This document shows, one piece after another, positions 8,895 through 18,227 of a stretch of DNA of 64,000 nt; the stretch's first letter is position 1; each line of letters opens with the position of its first letter. The stretch lies in contig JAEXLC010000180.1 of the NCBI GenBank assembly GCA_023445495.1, forward strand, positions 805 to 64,804. The letters are read 5' to 3'. Under the pieces are notes generated by a model that ran no database searches, had not been told where the DNA came from, and worked only from the letters and a program-made list of their open reading frames with translations. The translations under genes were made by a program, and so were the position numbers. Source of the stretch: Pseudomonadota bacterium (GTDB lineage Bacteria > Pseudomonadota > Alphaproteobacteria > Sphingomonadales > Sphingomonadaceae).

Positions 8895-10070
8895 ATGTTG
8901 GCGGGGCTGATATTTGCGGTCGAGGAGGCGGAAGGCCGCCCGGGGACTCTGATGGCGACATTGCCGTTCGGCGGCATGACGCTGCTCGAATATCAGGCGC
9001 GGCTGCTGTTCGGGGCGGGCACCGAGCAGGTGCTGGTCGCAGTCGGCAGGATGACGCCGGCGCTGCTCGCCGCGGTCAATCGCGCCGCCAAGCGCCATCC
9101 CCGCATCGAGATCGTCCGCTCGGCCGAGGAAGCTGCCGAGAAGATCACTCCGGGCGCACAGGTACTGGTGATGGCGGACGGGCTGGTCACCACCGATCCG
9201 GTGATGGACCGGATGGCGAAGGCGGGCGGCGAGGCGCTGCTGGTCACCGACGATCCCACCTCGCCGGCGGCGATCGAGCGACTCGACATGCGTGACAGCT
9301 GGGCTGGGATCGCCCGCATCTCGCTCGAGCAGCTCACCCAGATCGCGCAGATGCCCGAGGATTATGATTTCCAGTCGGCGCTGCTCCGCGTCGCCGCGCA
9401 ATCGGGCGCCGAGCATGTCGGGCTGACCGCCGGCTGGTTAAAGGGCGGCCATGCCGTCGAGCGTAGTGTCGAGGGGCTGGCCGCGCGCAATACCGGGGTG
9501 CTCGCCGCGCTGACCGAGCGCCGCACCGACTGGGCGGATCGCTGGGTGTTCACCCGGGCCGCGCGAATCGTCCTGCCCGAACTGGTCGGCCGCAACGTGC
9601 CGGGCTGGGCGGTGAGCGTTGGCGGCGGCGTGGTCTCGGCGATTTCGCTGGTCTGCACGGCGATGGGCTGGGTTGGCGCGGGCAGCGTCGTTGCCTTGCT
9701 CGGCACCGCGACTCTTGCCACGGGCGCGGCGATGGCGGTGCTGCGCGGCGAGGACAAGCGAGCGGGACTGCTCGAATGGGCGATCTTCGCGCTGTTCGCC
9801 CTGATCGCGCTGCTCAGTGGCTGGGTGGAATTCGCCGCCACCGGCAGCACCACACCTCCGGTGCTGGCGCTGGTTGCCGCAGCTGCGCAGTGGCTCGTCG
9901 AGCGGGTGCCGAGCCGGCCGAAGCGCTGGTGGTCGAGCCCCTCGGCGCATCTGCTGGTTTTTTCGCCCTTCGCCTTGTCCGGATTCGCGACAATCGGGCT
10001 TGCTGCAGTTGCGATATATTCCTTCGCCACGCTCGCTGCGGCAGTTGAGGGTACGCGCGAAAAAGCTTAG
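8895..10070 (+). CDS. membrane protein with degenerate N-terminal nucleotidyltransferase-like domain
   Basis: Starts MLAGLIFAVEE, resembling an NTP-transferase fold but without the GxGxR signature. The C-terminal about 150 aa form roughly 4 TM helices. First in-frame ATG chosen; the track start is TTG. Confidence 0.7.
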   Translation: MLAGLIFAVEEAEGRPGTLMATLPFGGMTLLEYQARLLFGAGTEQVLVAVGRMTPALLAAVNRAAKRHPRIEIVRSAEEAAEKITPGAQVLVMADGLVTTDPVMDRMAKAGGEALLVTDDPTSPAAIERLDMRDSWAGIARISLEQLTQIAQMPEDYDFQSALLRVAAQSGAEHVGLTAGWLKGGHAVERSVEGLAARNTGVLAALTERRTDWADRWVFTRAARIVLPELVGRNVPGWAVSVGGGVVSAISLVCTAMGWVGAGSVVALLGTATLATGAAMAVLRGEDKRAGLLEWAIFALFALIALLSGWVEFAATGSTTPPVLALVAAAAQWLVERVPSRPKRWWSSPSAHLLVFSPFALSGFATIGLAAVAIYSFATLAAAVEGTREKA

Positions 10071-10106
10071 TCTCGTCTTAAGGACATTTCCGTTAGCTTG
10101 GGGTCG

Positions 10107-11207
10107 ATGTCGGATAATCCCGTCGACATGCGCGATGGCTTGGCCGTCAGCGCCCGGGAGTTGCTTGCACGTGCGGCGGCTGCGGAGTTGCGCGCCTATA
10201 AGGGTCTGATGGTCGCCGTTGATGATTTCTTCCTGCCCGAAGAGGCACGGCTCGACGAGCATAGCCGCGCTGGCTTGGCCGCGCTGCTGCGTGGACTCGT
10301 GGAGACGGTGGAAGGCGAGATTCGCGAGCATGCCGTACGGTTGCTGACTGGGCGCAGCGAATCGCTGCTGGTCGCGAAGCTGATCGAGCCGGGCACTTCG
10401 GTGCTCGCCAGGCTGTGGAATTCCGGGCTGCTGCGCGACAGCGAGCTGATGGGCGAGCTGATCGCGCGGGTGCGCCAGGAGATGCTGGGCGCGGCGCTGC
10501 CGATGAGCGCGCCGGACGATCCCGAGCGGCCGAGCCTGATCAACCGATTCGTCCAACACCCCGATCGCGTGGTCGCGGCGAGCGCGATGGCGGTGCTGAT
10601 CGCCGAGAGCCGTCGTCGGGGTAGTCCCGAAGTGGGACAGTTCCAGACCGAGCTGCCCGCCGAGCTGCATCACCGGCTGGTGTGGTGGACGGCGGCGGCG
10701 CTGCGCGAACGCGTGATCGATGCCAGCGAATCGCTCGATCGCGCCCTGTGCGACGCGGCGCAGCGCAGCCTGGCTGCCTATGACGAGGGTGACCGGCTCG
10801 AAGCCGCGGCGATGCGCTTCGCCGCTGCGATCGATGCGCAGCCGGGCGAGCTTTCGGGCATGCTGGTCGAGTCGCTGGGCGACCGGCGGATCGTGCTGTT
10901 CATCGCCCTGCTGGGGCATGCGATGGGCGTGCCCTATGAACTGGCGCGCGACCTGGTGCTGGATCCGGCGGCGGACCGGCTGTGGCTGGCGCTGCGGGCG
11001 CTGGAGATCGGCCGCGAAGGCGTGGCCCAGATCGGCTATGCGCTGAGCGAAGCCGATCCGCGCCGCGACCTGGAGAAGTTCGCCGACACGCTCGACACGA
11101 TCGCCGCGATCGCGCCGGCCGATGCGCGCGCCGCGCTGGCGCCGCTCAAGCTCGATCCCGATTACCGCGCTGCGCTGATCGCCCTCCAGCGGGGAGGGAT
11201 GAAGTGA
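10107..11207 (+). CDS. all-helical hypothetical protein (DUF2336-like, unverified)
   Basis: About 366 aa, Ala/Leu/Arg-rich and helical. Its stop overlaps the GTG start of the downstream kinase (GTGA). Confidence 0.7.
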   Translation: MSDNPVDMRDGLAVSARELLARAAAAELRAYKGLMVAVDDFFLPEEARLDEHSRAGLAALLRGLVETVEGEIREHAVRLLTGRSESLLVAKLIEPGTSVLARLWNSGLLRDSELMGELIARVRQEMLGAALPMSAPDDPERPSLINRFVQHPDRVVAASAMAVLIAESRRRGSPEVGQFQTELPAELHHRLVWWTAAALRERVIDASESLDRALCDAAQRSLAAYDEGDRLEAAAMRFAAAIDAQPGELSGMLVESLGDRRIVLFIALLGHAMGVPYELARDLVLDPAADRLWLALRALEIGREGVAQIGYALSEADPRRDLEKFADTLDTIAAIAPADARAALAPLKLDPDYRAALIALQRGGMK

Positions 11208-12601
11208 ACATCATCGATCCTTCGCTGCCGCTGTCGATCGCCCGGCTCGATGCCGAGGGGCGGCTGATCGATGCCGAGGCGCGGCTGTTCGAGCTGAACA
11301 TGCGGGCCGGCGGCAATATCGGCACGCCGCTCGCCGTGCCGCAGATCGCGACGCTGGCGCGGCTGTCGCAGCGGCTGGGCATCGCCATCTCGCGGAACGT
11401 GATCGCTGCGGACGGCGAGGATGACCTGGAATTGTGGGTGCGTGCCGAGCCCGAGCAGGGTGGGGTGCGGCTCGAAGTCAGCGGCTGGCGGCTGCGGCCG
11501 GGCTGGCGCGCGCCGGCGAGCGAGCCCGAGCGCGATGGCGACTTCTTCCGTTCCGCGGCCGACTGGTTGTGGGAAACCGACGCGTCGCTGCGCATCACCT
11601 TCCTCTCGATCGAAGCAGGCGCGCGCTATGGCTTCGACAGCTCGACGATGCTCGGCCAGCCGCTCACCCGGCTGTTCCGTCTTGAGCAGGACGAAACGGG
11701 CGAGCTGCCGATCCTGACCGCTGTGGCGGCGCAGGGGCGGTTCGACGGGCAGAAGGCAGAACTGCGCGGGACGGGCCGGATGGTCCGCCTCGCCGCGACG
11801 CCGCGCACCGATCCGGGCGGGCGCTTCGCCGGGTTCGTCGGCGCGGCGCATATGCTCGACCAGGCCGGGCCTGCTGCGCCGAAGATGGACGCGCCGGTGC
11901 CCGCCGCCGCCGTGCCGTTCGGCGGCTTCCCCGATTCGTTCAGTCAGCGGCTCGATCGCGCGCTGCGCGGGCCGCTCGGCAAGATCATCGCCAACGCCGA
12001 TTCGATCAGCGCGCAGACCGAGGGGCCGCTCAAACCCGACTATGCCGAATATGCCAGCGACATCGCCAATGCCGGGCGGCATCTGCTCGGGCTGGTCGAC
12101 GACCTGGTCGACCTCCAGGCGATCGAGCGCGACGATTTCGACACGGCGGACGAAGCGATCGACCTCGCCGATGTCGCAAGGCGTGCCGCCGGGCTGCTCG
12201 CGGTACGCGCGGCGCAGGCCGAGGTGCGCATCGACCGGCCGGCGATGGACGAGAATGTGCCCGTGCATGGCGAGTTCCGCCGGGCGCTGCAGGTGCTGGT
12301 CAACCTGATCGGCAACGCGGTGCGCTATTCGCCGACCGGGGCGATGGTGTGGATCCGGCTCGAGCGCGACGAAAGCCATGGCCATGTGATCGTCGCCGAT
12401 CAGGGCAAGGGTATCGCCGAGGCGGACCAGGAGAAGATCTTCGAGAAGTTCGGCCGGGTCGATCCGACCGAGCCGGGCGGTTCGGGGCTGGGCCTCTATA
12501 TCGCGCGCAGGCTCGCCCGGGCGATGGGCGGCGACCTGATGGTCGACAGCGCGCCGGGCCAGGGCGCCCGCTTCGTGTTCAGCCTGCCGATCCGGCAATA
12601 G
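11204..12601 (+). CDS. PAS-domain sensor kinase homolog lacking the H-box histidine
   Basis: PAS-like region (WLWETDASLRITFLS...), DHp helix, N box LIGNAVRYSP, G1 DQGKGI and G2 GGSGLGLYIAR. The H box reads DRALRGPL instead of SHELRTPL. GTG start overlaps the upstream stop. Confidence 0.85.
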   Translation: MNIIDPSLPLSIARLDAEGRLIDAEARLFELNMRAGGNIGTPLAVPQIATLARLSQRLGIAISRNVIAADGEDDLELWVRAEPEQGGVRLEVSGWRLRPGWRAPASEPERDGDFFRSAADWLWETDASLRITFLSIEAGARYGFDSSTMLGQPLTRLFRLEQDETGELPILTAVAAQGRFDGQKAELRGTGRMVRLAATPRTDPGGRFAGFVGAAHMLDQAGPAAPKMDAPVPAAAVPFGGFPDSFSQRLDRALRGPLGKIIANADSISAQTEGPLKPDYAEYASDIANAGRHLLGLVDDLVDLQAIERDDFDTADEAIDLADVARRAAGLLAVRAAQAEVRIDRPAMDENVPVHGEFRRALQVLVNLIGNAVRYSPTGAMVWIRLERDESHGHVIVADQGKGIAEADQEKIFEKFGRVDPTEPGGSGLGLYIARRLARAMGGDLMVDSAPGQGARFVFSLPIRQ

Positions 12602-12642
12602 GGCGCCCGCCGGTCTGGCGGACGCCTTATCGTCAGTCTCCT

Positions 12643-12960
12643 TTAGCGGCGGCAGACCGTCACGCGGTGGCCACGGCGCCATTCGTTCCAGCAGACGCGG
12701 CGGTTGTGATAATAGCGGCGGTCATAGCCATAGCCGCGGCCGCGATCCCAGCCGCGATGGCGGCCACGATCCCAGTGACGACGGTCATACTGGCGATCCC
12801 GATAGCGCTCGCGATAGCGCCAGTCCTGCGCGGCAGGGGCCGCTGCGGCGAGCGCGATCACGCTGGTGACAGGTGCCGGCGCGGCGGCGGCCGGGGTGGC
12901 GGCGCCGGCAACGCCGACCGTGGCCAGCGCGGCCGCGGCGATCAGCTTGGCAAGGTTCAT
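12643..12960 (-). CDS. small secreted Arg/Trp/Tyr/Asp-rich protein
   Basis: 105 aa with signal-peptide-like MNLAKLIAAAALATVGVAGA. Low-complexity RGWDRGR/YDRR repeats and a C-terminal Cys pair CWNEWRRGHRVTVC. SD GGAGAG lies 6 nt upstream. Confidence 0.65.
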   Translation of the reverse strand: MNLAKLIAAAALATVGVAGAATPAAAAPAPVTSVIALAAAAPAAQDWRYRERYRDRQYDRRHWDRGRHRGWDRGRGYGYDRRYYHNRRVCWNEWRRGHRVTVCRR

Positions 12961-13210
12961 TGCAACTCTCCATTCCTCTCTTCCCGCATGCCCGCTTTCT
13001 ACGCCCGGGAAACGGTCCGGTTGCTGAACTGCGCTGTAAGCCTGGGTACAGCTTTCCGTTCCGGGTCCCGGCTGCGTGCCTTGGAGAAGATCGGCTTAGG
13101 GGGAAGCGCCGGGAGACTATCCCGTATCGGACTAATCGGTCCCCGCGCATGATGGACAAGTAAAATCAAAGACAACATGCTGCCTGTTCTTCGGGGGAAG
13201 GGGCGGTTAC

Positions 13211-14917
13211 ATGGCGGTTTCGGAGATCATCGCGAAGGGTGCCGACGGATATTATCGTCCGCAGAACGAGGCGGAAGTCGTGGCGCTGGTGAAATACGCC
13301 GTCGCGAACACGCTGCAGATCCGCGTCCGCGGCGCTTCGCATTCAACGGCATGGAGCATCTTCACCGATCCCGTCGGCGGGCTGCCGGTGAACCGCACGC
13401 TGACCCGCCGCCCGCCGGCCGGCAGCAACCTCGATCTCTCGCTCGACAGGATGAACGGCCTGGCCTGGATCGACGAGGCGCAGGGGGTGGTCGAGGCCGA
13501 GGCTGGTATTCATCTGGGCGCGGATCCCTATAATCCGCTCGGCCGGGCAGACCTCGACAACAGCCTGCTCTTCCAGCTCTTCGAGAAGGGCTGGGGGCTG
13601 AACGATCTCGGCGGGATTACCCATCAGACGGTAGCCGGCTTCCTGAGTACGGGGTCTTCCGGCGGATCGCTGATCTATGAACTCAACAATGTCGTGGCGT
13701 TCCGCGTGATCGATGGACGTGGCGAGGCGGCGTGGATCGAGAAGGGGGATCCCCAGTTCGACGCGATCTCGGTGTCCGTCGGCCTGCTCGGGATCATCAC
13801 CAAGGTCCGGCTGAAGTGCAATCGCAGCTTCCGGGTGGTCGGCGACGAGGTGACGACTCCGCCCGATCTCGATCAATGCCCGATCGACCTGTTCGGCGAG
13901 GGCAGGCTCGGCAAGCCGTCGATGCAGCAATTCCTGGTCGAGCGCCCCTATAGCCGGCTGCTCTGGTGGCCCCAAAAGGGCGCCGAGCGCGTGGTGATCT
14001 GGCAGGCGGACCGCGTCGAAGGGCCGCCACCGCCCGATTACAAGCCGGTGCCCTATCAGGAGTTCGCGCCGAACCTGCTGGGCTGGATCGAGCAGCTGGT
14101 CGGGTCGATCTTCTACACCTTGCTTGGCAACAAGGGCTTCGGCGCGAACGTGCCCAAGCTGCTCCATTGCTTCCTGCGCTTCTGCCACTGCGTGACGAGG
14201 CTCTGGACGCCGGCCATCTCGGCGCCGGTCGCCGCAGTGGCGGCCACGCTGGTCACGCTTGTGCTGGCCGTGCTGCTCGTGCTGCCGATGCTGTTCTTCA
14301 TCCTGTTCCCGGGGGTTCTCGCCAGGCTCTTCGCTCCGGCGCTCGGGCTCTTCCAGCCGATGACCGCGCCCGGGAAGGACAAGTTCGACGATTTCTACTG
14401 GCGCAGTCTCTGCATGGACAACACCGCCGACGACATATTGATGGGCACCGAGTTCACCGAGATCTGGATCCCGCTCAAATATAGCGAGCAGTGTATGGAC
14501 CTGATGCGCGACATGTTCGTCACCAGGGGCGTGCCCGCGACCGGGTGGTTCTCGACCGAGGTCTATGCGGCAATGCCGAGCAGCGCCTGGCTCAGCGCGG
14601 CCTATTCCGACGGGCAGGACGACTATAAGGACGGTGTGATCCGCTTCGACATATTCTGGTTCCGCGGGAATAGCGGCGAGCCCAATGTCGAGGGCGGATT
14701 CTATCAGCAATATTGGGATCTTTTCCGTGACAACGGCATCCCGTTCCGCCTGCACTGGGGCAAATATGTTCCGGCCTATGATTTCCCGGAATGGGCGGAA
14801 TATTATCGCACGAACCTGCCGCGGTTCGACGATTTCATGAAGCTGCGCGCCGAGCGGGATCCGAACGGCATATTCTTCACCAGCTATTGGCGGCAGCGCT
14901 TTACCGGCACGGCCTGA
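13211..14917 (+). CDS. FAD-binding oxidase, D-arabinono-1,4-lactone oxidase-like, with internal hydrophobic insertion
   Basis: N-terminal PCMH-type FAD-binding features (IRVRGASHS, GGITHQTVAGFLSTGSSG). ALO-like C-terminus (FRLHWGKYVP). About 47 hydrophobic residues sit between them. Confidence 0.85.
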   Translation: MAVSEIIAKGADGYYRPQNEAEVVALVKYAVANTLQIRVRGASHSTAWSIFTDPVGGLPVNRTLTRRPPAGSNLDLSLDRMNGLAWIDEAQGVVEAEAGIHLGADPYNPLGRADLDNSLLFQLFEKGWGLNDLGGITHQTVAGFLSTGSSGGSLIYELNNVVAFRVIDGRGEAAWIEKGDPQFDAISVSVGLLGIITKVRLKCNRSFRVVGDEVTTPPDLDQCPIDLFGEGRLGKPSMQQFLVERPYSRLLWWPQKGAERVVIWQADRVEGPPPPDYKPVPYQEFAPNLLGWIEQLVGSIFYTLLGNKGFGANVPKLLHCFLRFCHCVTRLWTPAISAPVAAVAATLVTLVLAVLLVLPMLFFILFPGVLARLFAPALGLFQPMTAPGKDKFDDFYWRSLCMDNTADDILMGTEFTEIWIPLKYSEQCMDLMRDMFVTRGVPATGWFSTEVYAAMPSSAWLSAAYSDGQDDYKDGVIRFDIFWFRGNSGEPNVEGGFYQQYWDLFRDNGIPFRLHWGKYVPAYDFPEWAEYYRTNLPRFDDFMKLRAERDPNGIFFTSYWRQRFTGTA

Positions 14918-14924
14918 GGCATAT

Positions 14925-15167
14925 TCAGCCCGCGTCGCGCTCCGCCCGGCGCGCGGCCCTGCGTTCGGCGCGGGTGGGGACGAGGCGGACGCCGCCGACC
15001 AGGATCGCGCTGAGCAGCGCGATGATCCCGCCGCGCACCACCCAGGTCTGGCTGCCGATCATCGGGCTGGAGATCGGCGCCCGCAGCACGCCCAGGCCCT
15101 GGAGCATGAACACCACGCCGGCGATGAAGCCGAGGATACCGATCAGGATCAGGATGTTCTGGCGCAT
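14925..15167 (-). CDS. small membrane protein (two predicted TM helices)
   Basis: 80 aa counted from the in-frame ATG (MRQNILILIGILGFIAGVVFML...), with a basic C-terminal tail. No recognisable family. Confidence 0.5.
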   Translation of the reverse strand: MRQNILILIGILGFIAGVVFMLQGLGVLRAPISSPMIGSQTWVVRGGIIALLSAILVGGVRLVPTRAERRAARRAERDAG

Positions 15168-15250
15168 TCGGGCGACTCCAGCGAGGCGTGGAATGGTTAA
15201 CCCAATTTCCGGGGCTCGCGAAGGCGGGAAACGCGCGCCCAAATCACATC

Positions 15251-15336
15251 GTCACCCTGAACTGGTTTCAGGGTCCAAGGTGCCTCGGGCGATATCGCTG
15301 GGGGAGAGTTGGATGCTGAAACAAGTTCAGCATGAC
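15251..15336. repeat. 86-nt nested-palindrome element, family A copy 1
   Basis: GTCACCCTGAACTGGTTTCAGGGTCCAA ... TTGGATGCTGAAACAAGTTCAGCATGAC. Each terminal arm is itself an 8-bp hairpin. Lies 3' of gltA. Confidence 0.85.
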
Positions 15337-15400
15337 AGGCTTCGGGCCTGTACCCCGTCATCCCCGCCTGTCTGGCGGGAATGACGGGAAGGGCTTTGTG

Positions 15401-16684
15401 TTAGCGCTGGCCGACCGGCACGTAATCGCGCTGCGTCGGGCCCGTGTAGAGCTGACGCGGGCGGCCGATCTTCTGCTCGGGATCCGAGATCATCTCGTTC
15501 CACTGCGCGACCCAGCCGACGGTGCGGGCAAGGGCGAAGAGCGCGGTGAACATCGTGGTCGGGAAGCCGATCGCCGAGAGGATGACGCCCGAGTAGAAGT
15601 CGACGTTCGGGAACAGCTTCTTCTCGATGAAGTACGGATCGTTGAGCGCCATTTCCTCGAGCTGCAGGGCAACCTCGAAGACCGGATCGTTGACCTTGAG
15701 CGCGTCGAACACTTCGCGCACGGTCTTCTGCATCACGGTCGCGCGCGGATCGTAGTTCTTGTAGACACGGTGGCCGAAGCCCATCAGGCGGAACGGATCG
15801 TTCTTGTCCTTGGCGCGGGCGATGTACTCGGGGATGCGCTCCGGACGGCCGATCTCGCGCAGCATGTTGAGCGCCGCTTCGTTGGCGCCGCCATGCGCCG
15901 GGCCCCACAGGCAGGCGATGCCGGCGGCGATGCAGGCGAACGGGTTCGCGCCCGACGAACCGGCAAGGCGCACGGTCGAGGTCGAGGCGTTCTGCTCGTG
16001 ATCGGCATGGAGGATGAAGATACGGTCCATCGCCTTCTCGACGACCGGGTTCACCTCATATTCTTCCGCAGGCACGCCGAAGGTCATGCGCAGGAAGTTG
16101 CCGGTGTAGCTGAGCTTGTTGTCCGGATAGAGGAAGGGCTGGCCGACCGAGTACTTGTAGGCCATCGCCGCGATCGTCGGCATCTTGGCGATCAGGCGAT
16201 GCGACGCGATCATGCGCTGCTTCGGATCGGTGATGTCGGTCGAATCGTGGTAGAAGGCCGAAAGCGCGCCGGCGACGCCGCACATCACGGCCATCGGGTG
16301 CGCATCGCGACGGAAGCCGCGATAGAAGGTCGCCAGCTGCTCGTGCAGCATGGTGTGGCGGGTGATCGTGTTCTCGAACGCGTCGAGCTCGCCCTGGTTC
16401 GGCAGCTCGCCGTTCAGGAGGAGATAGGCCACTTCCATGAAGCTCGACTGCTCGGCGAGCTGGCCGATCGGATAGCCGCGGTGGAGCAGGATGCCCTCGT
16501 CGCCATCGATATAGGTCAGGCCCGATTCGCACGACGCGGTCGAGGTGAAGCCGGGGTCATAGGTGAACTTGCCGGTCTGCCCATAGAGCTTGCGGATGTC
16601 GATGACGTCCGGTCCGACGCTGCCCGAAAGGATAGGATACTCAACATCCTTTCCCGGAACCTGCAGCTTCGCGGTGTCGCTCAT
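15401..16684 (-). CDS. gltA: citrate synthase
   Basis: 427 aa with citrate synthase signature [14 protein letters not shown] and full-length similarity pattern. Confidence 0.97.
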   Translation of the reverse strand: MSDTAKLQVPGKDVEYPILSGSVGPDVIDIRKLYGQTGKFTYDPGFTSTASCESGLTYIDGDEGILLHRGYPIGQLAEQSSFMEVAYLLLNGELPNQGELDAFENTITRHTMLHEQLATFYRGFRRDAHPMAVMCGVAGALSAFYHDSTDITDPKQRMIASHRLIAKMPTIAAMAYKYSVGQPFLYPDNKLSYTGNFLRMTFGVPAEEYEVNPVVEKAMDRIFILHADHEQNASTSTVRLAGSSGANPFACIAAGIACLWGPAHGGANEAALNMLREIGRPERIPEYIARAKDKNDPFRLMGFGHRVYKNYDPRATVMQKTVREVFDALKVNDPVFEVALQLEEMALNDPYFIEKKLFPNVDFYSGVILSAIGFPTTMFTALFALARTVGWVAQWNEMISDPEQKIGRPRQLYTGPTQRDYVPVGQR

Positions 16685-16717
16685 AAACGTCGTCCTATGT
16701 TTGGGCCGGGCCTGGGA

Positions 16718-18217
16718 TCAGGCCGGCACGGTCATCTGGTCTGCGATGCGAGCCAGGCTCTCTTCGCGTCCAAGCAGCGCTAGGACGTCAAAGATGCCCG
16801 GAGATGTCCGCCGCCCGGTGAGTGCCGCGCGCAGAGGCTGCGCAGCCGCACCGAGCTTGACACCCGCATCTTCCGCAACGGTGCGTACCGCTGCTTCGAG
16901 CGCTTCCGTATCCCAGCTTTCCACGCCGTCAAGCGCGGTATGCAACTGGGCGAGAAGCGCTCGCGCGTCGCCCTCTAGCAGAGCCTTTGCACCCTCGTCC
17001 AATTCCAGTGGGCGAGTGCGAAAAAGGAAGCCTGCTCCCTCGGCGAGTTCGAGGAGATTCGCGGCGCGCGGCTTCAGTGCCGCCATGCTGCGGCGCAGAA
17101 GATCGCTCTGCGATTCCGAAAGTTCGAAACCGAGTCGCTGGGCGACCAGCTCGGCCAGCCGCGCATCGTCCGACGCGCGGATATAATGGCCGTTGAGGCT
17201 CTCGAGCTTCTTGAGGTCGAAGCGCGACGGGCTGCGGCCGACACCGGACAGCTCGAACCACTCGATCGCCTGTTCGCGGCTGATGATCTCGTCGTCGCCA
17301 TGCCCCCAGCCGAGGCGGAGGAGATAGTTGGACAGCGCCTCGGGCAGGATGCCGAGCTGGTCGCGATATTCGTCGACCGCCACCGCGTTCTTCCGCTTCG
17401 ACATCTTGGTGCCGTCCGGATTGAAGATCAGCGGGATGTGCGCGTATTCGGGCTCTTCCCAGCCCATCGCGCGATAGATCGGCAGCTGGCGGAAGGCGTT
17501 GTTCAGGTGATCGTCGCCGCGGATCACATGGGTCACGCCCATGTCGTGATCGTCGACCACCACCGCGAGCATATAGGTCGGCGTGCCGTCCGAGCGGAGC
17601 AGGACGAGATCGTCGAGCTCGGCGTTGTTGACCGTCACGGGCCCCTGGACATGATCCTCGATCGTCACCGCGCCTTCGCGCGGCGCCTTGAGGCGGATGA
17701 CGAAGGGCGCGCCCTCGGGGGCCTCGCTCTCGTCGCGGTCGCGCCAGCGGCCGTCATAGCGCAGCGGCTGCTTGTTCGCCTTCTGCTCGGCGCGCATCGC
17801 CTCGAGCTCCTCGGCGGTGGCGAAGCACTTATAGGCATGACCGTTGGCGAGCATCTCGCGGGCGACTTCGGCGTGCCGCGCGGCGCGCGAGAACTGATAG
17901 ACTTCCTCGCCGTCCCAATCGAGGTTCAGCCAGCGCATCCCGTCGAGGATCGCGGCGATCGCCGGCTCGGTCGAGCGGGCGCGATCGGTGTCCTCGATGC
18001 GCAGCAGGAACTTGCCGCCGTGATGGCGGGCGAACAGCAGGTTGAACAGGGCAGTGCGCGCACCGCCGATGTGAAGGAAACCCGTAGGCGACGGCGCGAA
18101 CCGCGTGACAACCTGTTTCGCACCCGTATCAGATGTTGCGCCCAACCGAGCTTGCTCCCAAACTGTGTTTTCGATGGCCCATTCAGCCACCGAGGGCGCC
18201 CCTAGCACGGGGTTCAC
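16718..18217 (-). CDS. gltX: glutamate--tRNA ligase
   Basis: [11 protein letters not shown] (HIGH) and KMSKRK (KMSKS). The track start is GTG at 18217; the true start may be nearer, for example TTG at 18145, just before [11 protein letters not shown]. Confidence 0.93.
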   Translation of the reverse strand: MNPVLGAPSVAEWAIENTVWEQARLGATSDTGAKQVVTRFAPSPTGFLHIGGARTALFNLLFARHHGGKFLLRIEDTDRARSTEPAIAAILDGMRWLNLDWDGEEVYQFSRAARHAEVAREMLANGHAYKCFATAEELEAMRAEQKANKQPLRYDGRWRDRDESEAPEGAPFVIRLKAPREGAVTIEDHVQGPVTVNNAELDDLVLLRSDGTPTYMLAVVVDDHDMGVTHVIRGDDHLNNAFRQLPIYRAMGWEEPEYAHIPLIFNPDGTKMSKRKNAVAVDEYRDQLGILPEALSNYLLRLGWGHGDDEIISREQAIEWFELSGVGRSPSRFDLKKLESLNGHYIRASDDARLAELVAQRLGFELSESQSDLLRRSMAALKPRAANLLELAEGAGFLFRTRPLELDEGAKALLEGDARALLAQLHTALDGVESWDTEALEAAVRTVAEDAGVKLGAAAQPLRAALTGRRTSPGIFDVLALLGREESLARIADQMTVPA

Positions 18218-18227
18218 CTCCCTTCAA

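Noticed and set aside
12961-13210. Possible riboswitch, for example c-di-GMP-I or a metal-sensing element, in the 250-nt leader of the Arg/Trp-rich mini-protein gene.
   Set aside because: I could not match any conserved riboswitch core by eye, for example no GEMM-type ACGCAAAGC. An Infernal/Rfam scan would be needed before making any claim.
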